From IMG/VR virus record IMGVR_UViG_3300013004_000028: a DNA stretch of 64,000 nucleotides. One strand, given 5' to 3'. Position numbers and translations under genes: made by a program. Positions 1-10,339 of this stretch are shown here, piece by piece. The DNA comes from an uncultured virus (IMG/VR IMGVR_UViG_3300013004_000028). Lineage: Duplodnaviria > Heunggongvirae > Uroviricota > Caudoviricetes. The notes beneath the pieces are model-generated. The model was not told the DNA's origin and searched no databases. It was given only the letters and a program-made list of their open reading frames with translations. How positions within the stretch are numbered: position 1 is the stretch's first letter; every line of letters begins with the position of its first letter.

Positions 1-448
1 AGATCTCTGAATTTTTATTAAAAAGTTCTTCATTAGAATAATTTACGAAGTTTTTGTACACTATTCCGGGATCAGTCATTTTCCATTCATCGTAGTCAGT
101 TTTATATGGGTACCAATAATTAGGCTTAATTCTTTTAGGTAAGTTATTTGTAGTTCCATATCCGTCATACCCTCCTTTCTTAATATCAAAAGAATGAATT
201 ACACCTTCATCTTCCGATAAGTAAGTATCCATTGCCTCTGACATGGCCTTTGTGCTATCAAAATGATATGAACCTATCTCTAAAATATTTTTAGGCTTAA
301 TCATTCTAACCAATGTATTCATACAAGCCCTACAATGAGTTGAACAACCATGATATTTTGTTCCCTGTAAAATTCCGTTCTCTGGACCTCTATCTATATA
401 GAAATCTTTGAAATTATTTTTTATATATTCTATTTTATTCATGCTCAT
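1..448 (-). CDS. Putative class I SAM-dependent methyltransferase (3' end runs off the window)
   Basis: Not in the ORF track. My translation from the ATG at 448 (ATGA overlap with the upstream stop) gives MSMNKIEY...IKPKNILEIGSYHFDST...IHSFDI, a motif I-like 'ILEIG' pattern. The frame is open to position 1. Confidence 0.6.
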   Translation of the reverse strand, partial: MSMNKIEYIKNNFKDFYIDRGPENGILQGTKYHGCSTHCRACMNTLVRMIKPKNILEIGSYHFDSTKAMSEAMDTYLSEDEGVIHSFDIKKGGYDGYGTTNNLPKRIKPNYWYPYKTDYDEWKMTDPGIVYKNFVNYSNEELFNKNSEI

Positions 449-1821
449 TGTTTCTTATAATTTTCTAAAAAATAATTAAGATCTTCAGGAGTTCCAAGGC
501 CCCACATATTTTCAGCATGGAATGTCATTACTTTCTTTTTGTCTTCAATTGCTTGATTAAAAACAGGGCAAACATAAAATTCTTTATTAACACGAATATC
601 TTTTTTAATCATTCGTTCTGCATATTTTACAAAATCTGAACCATTTTTCCAAAAATAATAACCTATCGTAGCTTTATCCGAAATTGGATTTTTTTCAGCT
701 ACTTCTGTAACTAATCCATTCTCATCGACTTTAGCATAACTCCATTTTGGATGAGTACTACTAAATGTAACGATACCCCCATCAGAATTGGTTTCCTGCA
801 TCTTATACATAAATTCGCTAGAATTCCAATCTACATATTGATCAGAATTAGCAAAAAATAATGGATTATCATTATTGATTAATTCTTTAGCTATTAAAGC
901 TGTACATGCGGCCCCTTCTGTTAAACCATCCACTTCTAATACTCGACAGTTTGGTGTGATTAAATTTAATAATGAATCTAGATTATACTTTTCTCTATGA
1001 GACTTTTGAACAATATAAATATAATTAGCTTCTATATTCAAAGCTTCTATAACAACTTGAATCATGGGTTTTCCGTTTACCTCGACTAAAGGTTTTGGGA
1101 AAGTATACCCCGCTTTTTCAAAGCGAGAACCTGCTCCAGCCATTGGAATTAAAACATTTAGCTTATTATCTACCCATTTAGGAATCATAGGTTTAGAGTT
1201 TGTATTAATAGATTTTATTTTAGAGAAAACATTTTCAGATACCACTTCTGAAGAATCCCTTACTCTAAGTACATGAGATTGACTTCTTTGTGCCGCTAAT
1301 AATCCATAAGGAGAGTCTTCTACAATCAATGTTTCTTCACTTAGACATTCGGCTTCCGAAATAGCTTTCCAATACATTTCTGGATGAGGTTTACTATTTT
1401 TTACATCCTCATTAGATAATACAAAATCAAAATAATTAATAATTTGCAATCTTTTTAATACAGTCAAAATTGTTTTTTTAATAGAATTTGAACAACAAGC
1501 TATTTTATATTTATTATCCGATAATTTTTTTATAAGATTTAAAATATTTTCATTCACTTCTATTCTCTGTAAATGCTCTATAGTATATCTTTGCTTATTT
1601 TCCCATATACTATGATGAGAACTCTCTGGCAATCCTTTGTACTGGGTTAGCATAGAAAGTTTTTGACTTGTTTTTAAACCATCATATAAACTTATATGCT
1701 CAGATTCTAGTATAACAAATTCTTCTCCAACTTCTCGAAGAGCACGATTTAAAGATTCAAAATGAATTTTTTTTATATCTACTAAAACTCCATCTAAATC
1801 AAATATTACTAATTTTATCAT
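445..1821 (-). CDS. HAD-family phosphatase fused to a sugar-phosphate nucleotidyltransferase
   Basis: N-terminal FDLDGVL, KPHPE and IVEDS HAD motifs; C-terminal IPMAGAGSRF...PKPL, EKNPIS and LGTPEDL NTP-transferase motifs. Confidence 0.85.
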   Translation of the reverse strand: MIKLVIFDLDGVLVDIKKIHFESLNRALREVGEEFVILESEHISLYDGLKTSQKLSMLTQYKGLPESSHHSIWENKQRYTIEHLQRIEVNENILNLIKKLSDNKYKIACCSNSIKKTILTVLKRLQIINYFDFVLSNEDVKNSKPHPEMYWKAISEAECLSEETLIVEDSPYGLLAAQRSQSHVLRVRDSSEVVSENVFSKIKSINTNSKPMIPKWVDNKLNVLIPMAGAGSRFEKAGYTFPKPLVEVNGKPMIQVVIEALNIEANYIYIVQKSHREKYNLDSLLNLITPNCRVLEVDGLTEGAACTALIAKELINNDNPLFFANSDQYVDWNSSEFMYKMQETNSDGGIVTFSSTHPKWSYAKVDENGLVTEVAEKNPISDKATIGYYFWKNGSDFVKYAERMIKKDIRVNKEFYVCPVFNQAIEDKKKVMTFHAENMWGLGTPEDLNYFLENYKKQ

Positions 1822-1893
1822 TTTAACGAATCTTTCATATCCAAATAATTGCCGAGTTATTGACCATTAAATTAAAGATATAGTTTCTATACA

Positions 1894-2577
1894 TTAAGAA
1901 AGTGCAATAATTTTATTTAGAGTTTCCTTTGAAGTTTCTTCAAATACCCTATCTTTTCCGGCTTTTGTAATAATAACCTCGGAATGAGGATTCATTGAAA
2001 ATTTATATTTTTCTCTAACCTGTTTAGACCAAATCACATCTTCGCCTTCTCCCCAACTAAGCCTTTCATCTAAAGGAAATTCTAACATAATATTTTTTTT
2101 GACTATAAAATATCCTCCAGAAATATACATGAATTTTGTTAAATGAGAAATATTGTAAGGAATCAAACATTCTCTTCCCACAACACCGTCCATCCAGTTT
2201 CCATTATGAGGCCAAATACACCAGTCTCTAAATCGAGAGCCATCTGTATTAATTATTTTATCCATTCTAATTTCAAAGTCATTACCTCGACATAGTTGGC
2301 CTTGATACCATTTTTCACCTAAAATAAAATAATCATGCATAAATACAAGATTATCATACTGAGCAGTTTTGACTATTAAATTTTTCTTTCTAGTTATCCA
2401 AGCCGATTTTCTACTTTCATCAAAAATAATAGATTTTACATTTTTTCGATTATACTCATGAGGTCCAACTACAATTATTTCATATCCTTTTATACCCTGA
2501 GATTCAATAGAATCAAAAATCATTTCCATTCTGTCGTCTGAATGGCCATCTGTAATAATCCCAAAAGTAAAATTCAT
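1894..2577 (-). CDS. GT-A fold (GT2-like) glycosyltransferase
   Basis: FTFGIIT...YEIIVVG, FMHDY (DxD-like), GEGEDV; lies in a GT cluster. Confidence 0.65.
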   Translation of the reverse strand: MNFTFGIITDGHSDDRMEMIFDSIESQGIKGYEIIVVGPHEYNRKNVKSIIFDESRKSAWITRKKNLIVKTAQYDNLVFMHDYFILGEKWYQGQLCRGNDFEIRMDKIINTDGSRFRDWCIWPHNGNWMDGVVGRECLIPYNISHLTKFMYISGGYFIVKKNIMLEFPLDERLSWGEGEDVIWSKQVREKYKFSMNPHSEVIITKAGKDRVFEETSKETLNKIIALS

Positions 2578-3389
2578 ATATATTTAGATAAAAATTCTGA
2601 AAATATGTAGTCGTCTATTAATTTATACCCGGCAATAAGCTCGAAGTTTCTTTTAACGCTTTCAATTTTTGAAAAATATAAATCAGGATTTAAATCTTCT
2701 ATATCTATATCATCTAAAAATAAAATACCATTCGAATCAAAATGATCGCTGATTTCCCTTGTGCCTTTGTAAATAGGAATGGTTCCAGTAGCAAAACAAT
2801 CTAAAATTTTTTCTGTAAAGTATGTATCATATGTAGCATTTTCTATAGCAATTGAAAACATATAATCTTTAAGCCCCTCCTCTTTTTCTTCTATCTCTCT
2901 AAATCCTCTTCCATATACATCTATTTTATCTTTATTTTTCTCGGCGAAATTTACCCTATATTTCTGTTGTTCTGTCCAGACTTTATTAGATGTAATCATA
3001 GAAATTAATCTAGATTTATCATAAATTTTAGGATTTTTTATCCATGAATTTGTAGTGTAAACTTTATGGAATTTATTGCTTAAAGAAGATATTTCATCAC
3101 TATAAGTAAATACATCTTCAAAAGTATCTTCTATAAGTTTTATATTATTTTTAACTATTTCTATAGCTCCTCCATTAAATTCGGGAGACTCTAATAACCA
3201 CAGGAATTTAATTTTATCACAATTTTCATTTACAGCTATAGATAAATCAGAGTCTACATAAACAGAAACTTTAGAATTTTTTGTTTCATAATCCCATTCA
3301 AATAATTCGGGAGTGCAATTATGACAAGATGAATTCCCATGAGAAAAACATTTTGATATCATATTAATCTTATTCATATTTTTATTCAT
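2574..3389 (-). CDS. GT10-like (alpha-1,3-fucosyltransferase-like) glycosyltransferase
   Basis: YMFSIAIENA...YFTEKILDCF..GTIPIY matches the GT10 signature. Confidence 0.8.
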   Translation of the reverse strand: MNKNMNKINMISKCFSHGNSSCHNCTPELFEWDYETKNSKVSVYVDSDLSIAVNENCDKIKFLWLLESPEFNGGAIEIVKNNIKLIEDTFEDVFTYSDEISSLSNKFHKVYTTNSWIKNPKIYDKSRLISMITSNKVWTEQQKYRVNFAEKNKDKIDVYGRGFREIEEKEEGLKDYMFSIAIENATYDTYFTEKILDCFATGTIPIYKGTREISDHFDSNGILFLDDIDIEDLNPDLYFSKIESVKRNFELIAGYKLIDDYIFSEFLSKYI

Positions 3390-4146
3390 CTGAAGCTTTT
3401 AAAAAACCATTACTATAAAAAACAGGGACTTTTATAAAACTATCTAAATATATTTCATCCATATCTGGTCCTTTAGGTCCAGTCCATAAACTAGGAACTA
3501 TAACTTTTTTACTTACATTTCTATTTAAAAAAGAGCCCCACCAAGAAAATGTAGAGTTTGATATAATATTATTCCCACATAGACTCATCATCCATAACTC
3601 CTCATAATCTTCTAAATCTTCAACTACTGTAAAATTGCTATTATTAAAATTTTCTTTAGCCCAAGCTTTATCATCTGAGAAAACGAAAACTTTACTGTAA
3701 TCTCCTATTGTCTCAATAGCTTTATTTATATAAGAAATATCTACGATAGGAAGGATATCTGATATAGTTAGATAGTCTCCTCTTCTTATATGAATAGATA
3801 GAGTCCCATTACAAGATAAATCTGGATAGCTTTGATATACTTTATTAAAGAAATCAGAAGAAGGTGAAAACATTCTCTTTATATCACTTTCAATTTCTTT
3901 AAAATACTTAACACTTTGAAAATATCCATTCAGTACTAAAGAATTAGCGTATTCATCTTCAGTCATTGAAAAATCAATATTCCTAAAAATATTATTAGTA
4001 TACTTAGAAGGCTGAAATGCTTGCATAGGGGTGTATGCTTGTGGCATAAATTTGTATTCAATCCCATATTTTCTAGATTCAGATATTACATTTGAAATCT
4101 GAAACATTTGATTTCCCAAACCACCTTGAAGAAAAGAAGTTATCAT
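3382..4146 (-). CDS. GT11 alpha-1,2-fucosyltransferase-like protein
   Basis: GGLGNQMFQ, GYFQS, HIRRGDY, FSDD and SNSTFSWW motifs. Confidence 0.9.
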   Translation of the reverse strand: MITSFLQGGLGNQMFQISNVISESRKYGIEYKFMPQAYTPMQAFQPSKYTNNIFRNIDFSMTEDEYANSLVLNGYFQSVKYFKEIESDIKRMFSPSSDFFNKVYQSYPDLSCNGTLSIHIRRGDYLTISDILPIVDISYINKAIETIGDYSKVFVFSDDKAWAKENFNNSNFTVVEDLEDYEELWMMSLCGNNIISNSTFSWWGSFLNRNVSKKVIVPSLWTGPKGPDMDEIYLDSFIKVPVFYSNGFLKASDE

Positions 4147-4155
4147 TTTAATATA

Positions 4156-4860
4156 TTAAGAATATAAATTATTAATTGCAGTTTTATGTCTGTTTTCCAA
4201 ATCTGAATAATCAGTTATACGATTTTCAATAGAAGAAAAACCCGGACTTTGACTACATAACATTTCTTTACTAATAAAACATGAATTATTAAAACAAAAA
4301 TATTTAGCTAAAAAAATATCAAATATTTTATAAGAATGCATCTCTTCAATAAAAATAGACTCATTCGGAAAAATTTCTAATATTTTCAAAATACCTTTTC
4401 TTGAAAAAGAGATAGCATGACAACAGTAAGCACTGTTCAACTTAAAAAGATTATCAGAAAACTTTTCTATAGGATAGATTGTGTAGTCATACATTATATT
4501 AGCACCTAAATAAAATATATCCCAGTCTAAAGGCAGACTATCTATAGATTGCTTTAAAAATAAATTTGTACTCTCTTTATCATAAATAAATTCAAAATCA
4601 TCTTCAAAAATTAAAACTGAATTAAAGTTTTTCGCATAAGCATCTTTAATTACTCTATAAAAAGATAACGAACACCCCAATTGAGATTTATCTTTTTCTG
4701 ATAAAAAAGTATAATCATTATCATTTATTTTTACGCCATTAAATTTTTCGAAATTATCAATCCCATAATTATTAAAATTTATTAAAGAATTTTCAAATCT
4801 ATCTTTTCTTTCTTCAAGATTTATAAGATATATTTTTTCAAAGAAAGAGAATGCATTCAT
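4156..4860 (-). CDS. GT25-like glycosyltransferase
   Basis: YLINLEERKDR, GCSLS, LIFEDD, WDIFYLG. Confidence 0.8.
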   Translation of the reverse strand: MNAFSFFEKIYLINLEERKDRFENSLINFNNYGIDNFEKFNGVKINDNDYTFLSEKDKSQLGCSLSFYRVIKDAYAKNFNSVLIFEDDFEFIYDKESTNLFLKQSIDSLPLDWDIFYLGANIMYDYTIYPIEKFSDNLFKLNSAYCCHAISFSRKGILKILEIFPNESIFIEEMHSYKIFDIFLAKYFCFNNSCFISKEMLCSQSPGFSSIENRITDYSDLENRHKTAINNLYS

Positions 4861-5552
4861 AAAATAGATTTAAAATATTCAAATCGGTTGGACATTAAAT
4901 TTGTATAATCGAAAAATGCATTTTCTATAGATGAAAAAGCAGGCTCTTGCAAACATAAAATATCTTTCCATACAAAACATTTGTTAGAAACTTGAAAATC
5001 TTTTGCAAAAAAAACATCTATGGCTTCATAATTTTTCATTAAATTTTCTAACCAATCTCCTTTACCTTCAAAAAAATTTAAAATTTTATTTAATGCTTCT
5101 TTAGAAAAACAAACGCTATGTAAAGCATACCCACTATTTAATTTAAGTAAATTTTCAGAATATTTTTCGATAGGGTTTGACATTATCTCATTCATTACAT
5201 TCGCGCCTAAATAAAACATATCCCAATTCTCTGGCATTTCCTTAAAAGCTCTATCTAAATTATTTATAATTTCATCTTTAGATACAGTAAAATCAAAATC
5301 ATCTTCTAAAACTAAAATTTTTTCATAACTATTTTTAGAAGCATCTTTAAATACATTATAAAAAGAAGCCGCGCAACCTATTTGACCTAATTTTTTAGAA
5401 CTTAAATTGCCATTTACTTTAACACCATCAAATCTTACATAATTAGTAATCCCATACTCTTTAAATTTTTCCTCGCACAGATCCCATCTATCTTTTCTCT
5501 CTTCAAGATTAATACAATAGACCTTATCAAAAAAACTACATATACTTCTCAT
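4857..5552 (-). CDS. GT25-like glycosyltransferase (tandem paralog of 4156..4860)
   Basis: YCINLEERKDR, GCAAS, LVLEDD, WDMFYLG; colinear similarity with its neighbour. Confidence 0.8.
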   Translation of the reverse strand: MRSICSFFDKVYCINLEERKDRWDLCEEKFKEYGITNYVRFDGVKVNGNLSSKKLGQIGCAASFYNVFKDASKNSYEKILVLEDDFDFTVSKDEIINNLDRAFKEMPENWDMFYLGANVMNEIMSNPIEKYSENLLKLNSGYALHSVCFSKEALNKILNFFEGKGDWLENLMKNYEAIDVFFAKDFQVSNKCFVWKDILCLQEPAFSSIENAFFDYTNLMSNRFEYFKSIL

Positions 5553-6383
5553 TTAGTTTTCAAATATTGAAACAGTTTTATCTTTTGATTCTCTAAGGAA
5601 ATTTATTAATTCCAATCCTCTTAAACTGCACCAGCTTTCTAAAAGATATGCTATGTTTTGATTTCCTATTACATCTGTATTAAGACAATTAGCTTCAATA
5701 CAAACCCTAGAAAGAGTTTCAAAAACTTTAGGGAAAAATACAAAATTTCTAGAGGAAGCTAAAATTTCACAGAATTTTTTATGCTCTGTATTATGATTTA
5801 TTCCTATATAATTATAATTATTCTTTAAACAAAAATCTTTTGCTCCTTTTGCATTTTTTTGTTCATATAAATGATCCATAAAACATGCATCATATTTTTT
5901 ATCTATATTTTGCAAAGACTCTAGATTAATCAAATTTTCTTCTGACCAAAGATTGACACTAGATTCCACATTGCTTAATTCTAAATTTAGCTCAATTATT
6001 TTTTTGTGAGTTGAGCTTTGTGCTACTATTTTGTAGGAATTCTTATATAAATTATAATTAGCAATTTCGCTTTTAGGAGCTATGAAGTTTTCATATATAC
6101 TTGGATCTCGACTCTTTAAAAATTTATGATCATGCTCATATATAATATATTTTTTATTTTTTAGAGCATTTACAGACCCAGAAGGTAATCCTCCAAAATT
6201 ACCAATAATAAAAATATCAGAATCGCAATTAGAAATATAATCAGGAGAACAAAAAAATGAGTAAACTCTTTCTACTGAATGACCTTTTTTTGAAAGACAT
6301 TCAATAAGTTCTTTATTACAAGTTTCTCCTCCTCCTGAAAAACCATCTTCATAAAATTCATCTGATATAAATGTATATTTCAT
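5553..6383 (-). CDS. Putative GT-B glycosyltransferase
   Basis: GGGE near the N-terminus, YEHDH, and ETLSRVCIEA (E-x7-E-like). Confidence 0.55.
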   Translation of the reverse strand: MKYTFISDEFYEDGFSGGGETCNKELIECLSKKGHSVERVYSFFCSPDYISNCDSDIFIIGNFGGLPSGSVNALKNKKYIIYEHDHKFLKSRDPSIYENFIAPKSEIANYNLYKNSYKIVAQSSTHKKIIELNLELSNVESSVNLWSEENLINLESLQNIDKKYDACFMDHLYEQKNAKGAKDFCLKNNYNYIGINHNTEHKKFCEILASSRNFVFFPKVFETLSRVCIEANCLNTDVIGNQNIAYLLESWCSLRGLELINFLRESKDKTVSIFEN

Positions 6384-6401
6384 ATTTACAGTTTAAATAT
6401 T

Positions 6402-7691
6402 TTACTCTGCATTGTCTAATAATTGAGTTTCTAATCCTAAGAATTTAAGATCCTTGAGCTTGTAAGCCTCCCATTTAAAAGGAACTTGTCGAGAAACAAC
6501 TACGCCTTCCATTGGGAGCTCAGTAGAACATAAAGGATCTACTTTATCTAGATACTCAAATTCTAATCTCTTTAAGAAAGTTTTACCCCATTCAGAAGAG
6601 TCAAAAGGAATATCAAATAAATCCTTGGCTTTTCCATAGTAGTAAGTTTCTGGAGTTTTTAACTGCTTCTTCTTACAATAAGCTTGAATTTGTTCATGAG
6701 AAAAAGAAATAACTTCTCCATCCTGATTAGTATAATCAATTCTAAATACTAGGAAATCTCTTTGCCCTTTAAGAATCCCATAATCATATGGAGTTTGAAT
6801 CATTGACTGCCCATTTACCCAGCCAATTACCTCTCCATAAACAGAGATGCCCTTGTCCAGCTTTGGATAAACTTCATCAGCAACAGACTTCCAAATGTCC
6901 TCTTTGTAAAAACCTTTTGAAACTCCAATTGCAATATCTTTATTTTTGATTACATTTCTAGAAGCATACAGCATCCCATATTCTTCTTCTGGAACTTTGA
7001 ATCCCAGAAGTTTAACAAGCTTTTCTAAGAGAGAAAGACGGCGCTTGATTAAAACATTAGCTACGACACCATTGCTTCCATGATATTTATTTGTAATAGA
7101 AATATAATCTTCAGGATTAATCTTATAGATTTCTTTTCTCAAATTTTCTGTATCAGAATGGAGTCTAAATTGATTTTCTACTAATCTTTCAAATTTTTTA
7201 ACTTTTGTTTTCGTAGATGGCGAACTGCTTTCTTGAATAGGCGGCTCATATTTAGAAATAAATAATTCACCACAAATGGTATCAAAAGAAATATTCTCTT
7301 CAATATCTTTTAAGAACACTCCGTATTCACTAGAAACAAATTCAGAAAATCTTTGGAAAGAGATAATATAACCATTAGAATATTCCCCTCTCAATTTTAT
7401 CATTTTGACTCTGCCTTTAGCATCAAAAAATCCTTTGACAGTTTTGTCCTGATTTAAAAGAGGATCTCTAAAAGAATTACTCCAAGATAAAAACTTGGAA
7501 GAAATTTGACTTTCGACAGGGCAATATACATAAATATCACCGACTTTAGAAGTTAAGTCAGTAACGACTATTGAATTCTGTATCTCTGCCAATTGCAATT
7601 TATCAGCATTTGGGTGAGGGTAAACAGAATCCAATTTTAAAATTTGAGCTAAATAATTTGAATTATAATCTTTAGAAGTAGAGAGTGTCAT
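6402..7691 (-). CDS. RNA ligase (Rnl2/DRB0094-like) with N-terminal OB-like domain
   Basis: HPNADKL N-terminus; nucleotidyltransferase motifs KYHGSN (I), VYGEVIG (III), EGVVV (IV), YKLK (V). Confidence 0.85.
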   Translation of the reverse strand: MTLSTSKDYNSNYLAQILKLDSVYPHPNADKLQLAEIQNSIVVTDLTSKVGDIYVYCPVESQISSKFLSWSNSFRDPLLNQDKTVKGFFDAKGRVKMIKLRGEYSNGYIISFQRFSEFVSSEYGVFLKDIEENISFDTICGELFISKYEPPIQESSSPSTKTKVKKFERLVENQFRLHSDTENLRKEIYKINPEDYISITNKYHGSNGVVANVLIKRRLSLLEKLVKLLGFKVPEEEYGMLYASRNVIKNKDIAIGVSKGFYKEDIWKSVADEVYPKLDKGISVYGEVIGWVNGQSMIQTPYDYGILKGQRDFLVFRIDYTNQDGEVISFSHEQIQAYCKKKQLKTPETYYYGKAKDLFDIPFDSSEWGKTFLKRLEFEYLDKVDPLCSTELPMEGVVVSRQVPFKWEAYKLKDLKFLGLETQLLDNAE

Positions 7692-7696
7692 AATTA

Positions 7697-7724
7697 AATA
7701 TACAAAAATTTTTTAATCTGTCAA
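7697..7724 (-). promoter_or_regulatory. Sigma70-like promoter, probably producing a leaderless mRNA
   Basis: TTGACA-N16-TATATT on the minus strand; the ligase ATG follows 5 nt after the -10 box. Confidence 0.55.
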
Positions 7725-8123
7725 CTAAATTTGAACCATTTTTATGTCGAACTTGTGAGCTATTTCAAAAGACTTTTCACCTTTTTCATAAAAATCTCTA
7801 AAAAATACTTGTTTTATTCCATACATTGCAATGTCCATAATACAGTTTTCACAAGGAGACAATGTAACCGCTATCAGTTTCCCTTCTCCCGGCTTACAAT
7901 ATCTCAATGCTGACCTCTCAGCATGAGAAACGAATGGTCTGCGACCGTCCCTACAAGACCAATCTATATCGTGTCCCGGTATAGAGCCATTGTAACCTAA
8001 TCCAGCTACACTATTGTCATGTCTTAAAATACAAGCTCCACATTTTACATATGGGTCTTCAGATCTTGAAGATGCTGTTTCGGCTAATTTTAAAGCATAT
8101 TCTTCCCAAAGTATTCTACTCAT
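7725..8123 (-). CDS. dCMP deaminase
   Basis: RSEDP, GYNG, HAE and SPCENC zinc-deaminase motifs. Confidence 0.9.
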   Translation of the reverse strand: MSRILWEEYALKLAETASSRSEDPYVKCGACILRHDNSVAGLGYNGSIPGHDIDWSCRDGRRPFVSHAERSALRYCKPGEGKLIAVTLSPCENCIMDIAMYGIKQVFFRDFYEKGEKSFEIAHKFDIKMVQI

Positions 8124-8128
8124 TTTTT

Positions 8129-8461
8129 TTATTCAAAAAGGTTTTCATCTTCTTCTTCTTCCCCATCTTCATCTGAGTCCTCTTGAAGAAAAGTAATTGT
8201 ATCTTCGAAAGAAACTTCTTTAAGAGAATCAGATATATCACTTATCTCTTTACATTTTTCAGAGAAATGAAGGGATGCTAAAGATAGAATTAAATTACAG
8301 CTGAATAAAGTTTCTTTTTCATCCATCCCTTCTAAAGCTGAATGATTAAGAATATTATGCCAATTAACAAATGCTATTGTAGATATTTTTTCCGCAGTAT
8401 TAGGGAAAACTTTCTCTATAAGCTCTAAGACATTTTCTACTGCATTTTTATTTTCAGACAT
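8129..8461 (-). CDS. Hypothetical protein with acidic C-terminus
   Basis: Packed in the operon; no recognisable motif. Confidence 0.55.
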   Translation of the reverse strand: MSENKNAVENVLELIEKVFPNTAEKISTIAFVNWHNILNHSALEGMDEKETLFSCNLILSLASLHFSEKCKEISDISDSLKEVSFEDTITFLQEDSDEDGEEEEDENLFE

Positions 8462-8464
8462 ATA

Positions 8465-8917
8465 TTAATCTATTATACCGTTTATAAGTTTTCTTTTTGC
8501 TCTGAACTTCATAGATCTAGAACCTTCTCCTTTTGTTAAACAATTAAAATGGTTCTTGCTTAAGCTTTTCAAGGAATTTAAAATATCTAAACCTTCTAAA
8601 TCAGAAAAGGATTGATCTTTAGAATTTGAAACATATTTATAAGATACTTTTTTTCTTTTTATGAAGTTTTGTATTCTATTATTAATGCAGACAGAACAGA
8701 ATGTTAAAAATTTAGTTTTATTATCAGGATTAAAAGCGTAGATAGCCGAAATTATAGCATCATGAGATTCAGACAATAGATCCTCTGTATATCCAAAATT
8801 TTTATACTTATTGCAGACTATAGTATTAGCAAGTTTATAAGACTGCTCAAGTATATCCTTACCCATAGAGTAATCTCCTGTTAAACAAAAGTTTTTTACC
8901 TTTTCTTCTAGAATCAT
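8465..8917 (-). CDS. Small sigma70-family (region 2) sigma factor-like protein
   Basis: EDLLSESHDAIISAIYAFNPDNKTKFLTFCSVCINNRIQNFIKR resembles sigma region 2 (eDL.Qe..igl..ai..fd......F.TYa...I.n.i); region 4 is short or degenerate. Confidence 0.7.
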   Translation of the reverse strand: MILEEKVKNFCLTGDYSMGKDILEQSYKLANTIVCNKYKNFGYTEDLLSESHDAIISAIYAFNPDNKTKFLTFCSVCINNRIQNFIKRKKVSYKYVSNSKDQSFSDLEGLDILNSLKSLSKNHFNCLTKGEGSRSMKFRAKRKLINGIID

Positions 8918-9480
8918 TTTACTGAAAATTGAGAGTTAAATATAGGAATACATCCACAAAAAATTTGGTTTTTGAAAGACTCTCTAATAATAGAGAATTG
9001 ACTTAACCCTTCAATTAGTTTATTTTTGCTACCTCTTAAAATTTTAGGGAGAATCAATAAAGGATTTTCAGAGAAAAGTCTATCTACTCCGGGCAATTTA
9101 AGATCATAACAAATCTTTAAAAGATTACCCATGTAAGGATGAAGTCTAAAATCTTGAACAGAAACATTCTCTTGAACTATCTCGAATCCTTCTTTAGTCA
9201 TTTTTAATTTAGACATTTCAGCTTCCAAAGAGGAGTACATATTAATAATTTCCCAATCTATTAATGTGAAATTTTCACTTTCAATTTTATCAGAAGATAA
9301 TACAGAAAGAAAAACATTCAAAGAATCATCTTGAGGAGGCATATTACCGAAATTAACTAAGCCATGAGAGATATCTTTTAGAGGCTTATGAGATAAAACT
9401 ACTATTTCAGTATTGCTTTTTTGAATAAATTCTCTTAAATTTTCTTCTTTTTGATGTGGGTAAAAAGTAGTAAGAATCAT
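8914..9480 (-). CDS. Hypothetical protein
   Basis: Overlapping start/stop junctions with both neighbours. Confidence 0.55.
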   Translation of the reverse strand: MILTTFYPHQKEENLREFIQKSNTEIVVLSHKPLKDISHGLVNFGNMPPQDDSLNVFLSVLSSDKIESENFTLIDWEIINMYSSLEAEMSKLKMTKEGFEIVQENVSVQDFRLHPYMGNLLKICYDLKLPGVDRLFSENPLLILPKILRGSKNKLIEGLSQFSIIRESFKNQIFCGCIPIFNSQFSVK

Positions 9481-10334
9481 TATTTATTATATTTAGATTT
9501 TAATATAGCAATGAAACTCATAGCCGCTGCTGGGTCAACTCTATCGACTGTAGTCCATTTAGGGTTCCAATCAAAACCTTCTACAGTAGCTAATTCTTTC
9601 AAAGAGTGTACATCCATGGAATACTTGTCTAAATGTTGAGACAATAGAGATTGTATTTTTACAGTCTGAGCTTCAGCTCTTACGTCTTCTTGCTTCATCT
9701 CGTCTTGGCCCAAGGATATAATACCTAAAGAATGCCTCACAGCTCTGATAAAAGCTCTATTTTCAGCAATTGTTTCTAAAAATTTAGAAAACTTTTCATC
9801 AGTATTTGAAGTGGAAGCATTTGCTGTAGCACCGACTGTCATTTCCAAAGGGCTTTCTATATTCGGTATCCACTTAATCACAACCTTCATTGTAACACTA
9901 TCACCAGAAGAAGAGACTGGGATAGGATCAATCATAGAATATCCTCTAATCGAAGCCAACTCTCTGAACCCTGCCAATTTAATCACAAGATCTTCCTCTG
10001 GGGATTCATCTATTAATCTATCAAGATCTTCTTGACTTAAATCTTCCAATGGAATTGCTCTAGCAGCAAAATTATACTTGTTCAATACAATGTGCTCTCT
10101 TGGAATAAGTTTCCTCCAATCTATAAGTCCATTAGACTTTAGTGGATAATTAACATTATTTAAAAGACCTGCTTCGTTTCTCAATGGTTTAAAAACACCG
10201 TCTTCCGGTTGAACAAATAAAAGAGGAGAATCTAAACCTGTTTTTGCAGGTGCAATAACTCTTTTCTTAGAAGACTTTTTTACAGTTTCCTCTTGAGAAT
10301 CTTTAATATCAGAATGATTACTAGACTTAAGCAT
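9480..10334 (-). CDS. Conserved-looking phage protein, possibly an ssDNA-annealing protein
   Basis: AENRAFIRAVR resembles the A-E-x-R-A-x-x-R-A helix of Rad52/Sak-like annealing proteins; weak call. Confidence 0.4.
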   Translation of the reverse strand: MLKSSNHSDIKDSQEETVKKSSKKRVIAPAKTGLDSPLLFVQPEDGVFKPLRNEAGLLNNVNYPLKSNGLIDWRKLIPREHIVLNKYNFAARAIPLEDLSQEDLDRLIDESPEEDLVIKLAGFRELASIRGYSMIDPIPVSSSGDSVTMKVVIKWIPNIESPLEMTVGATANASTSNTDEKFSKFLETIAENRAFIRAVRHSLGIISLGQDEMKQEDVRAEAQTVKIQSLLSQHLDKYSMDVHSLKELATVEGFDWNPKWTTVDRVDPAAAMSFIAILKSKYNK

Positions 10335-10339
10335 AAATT

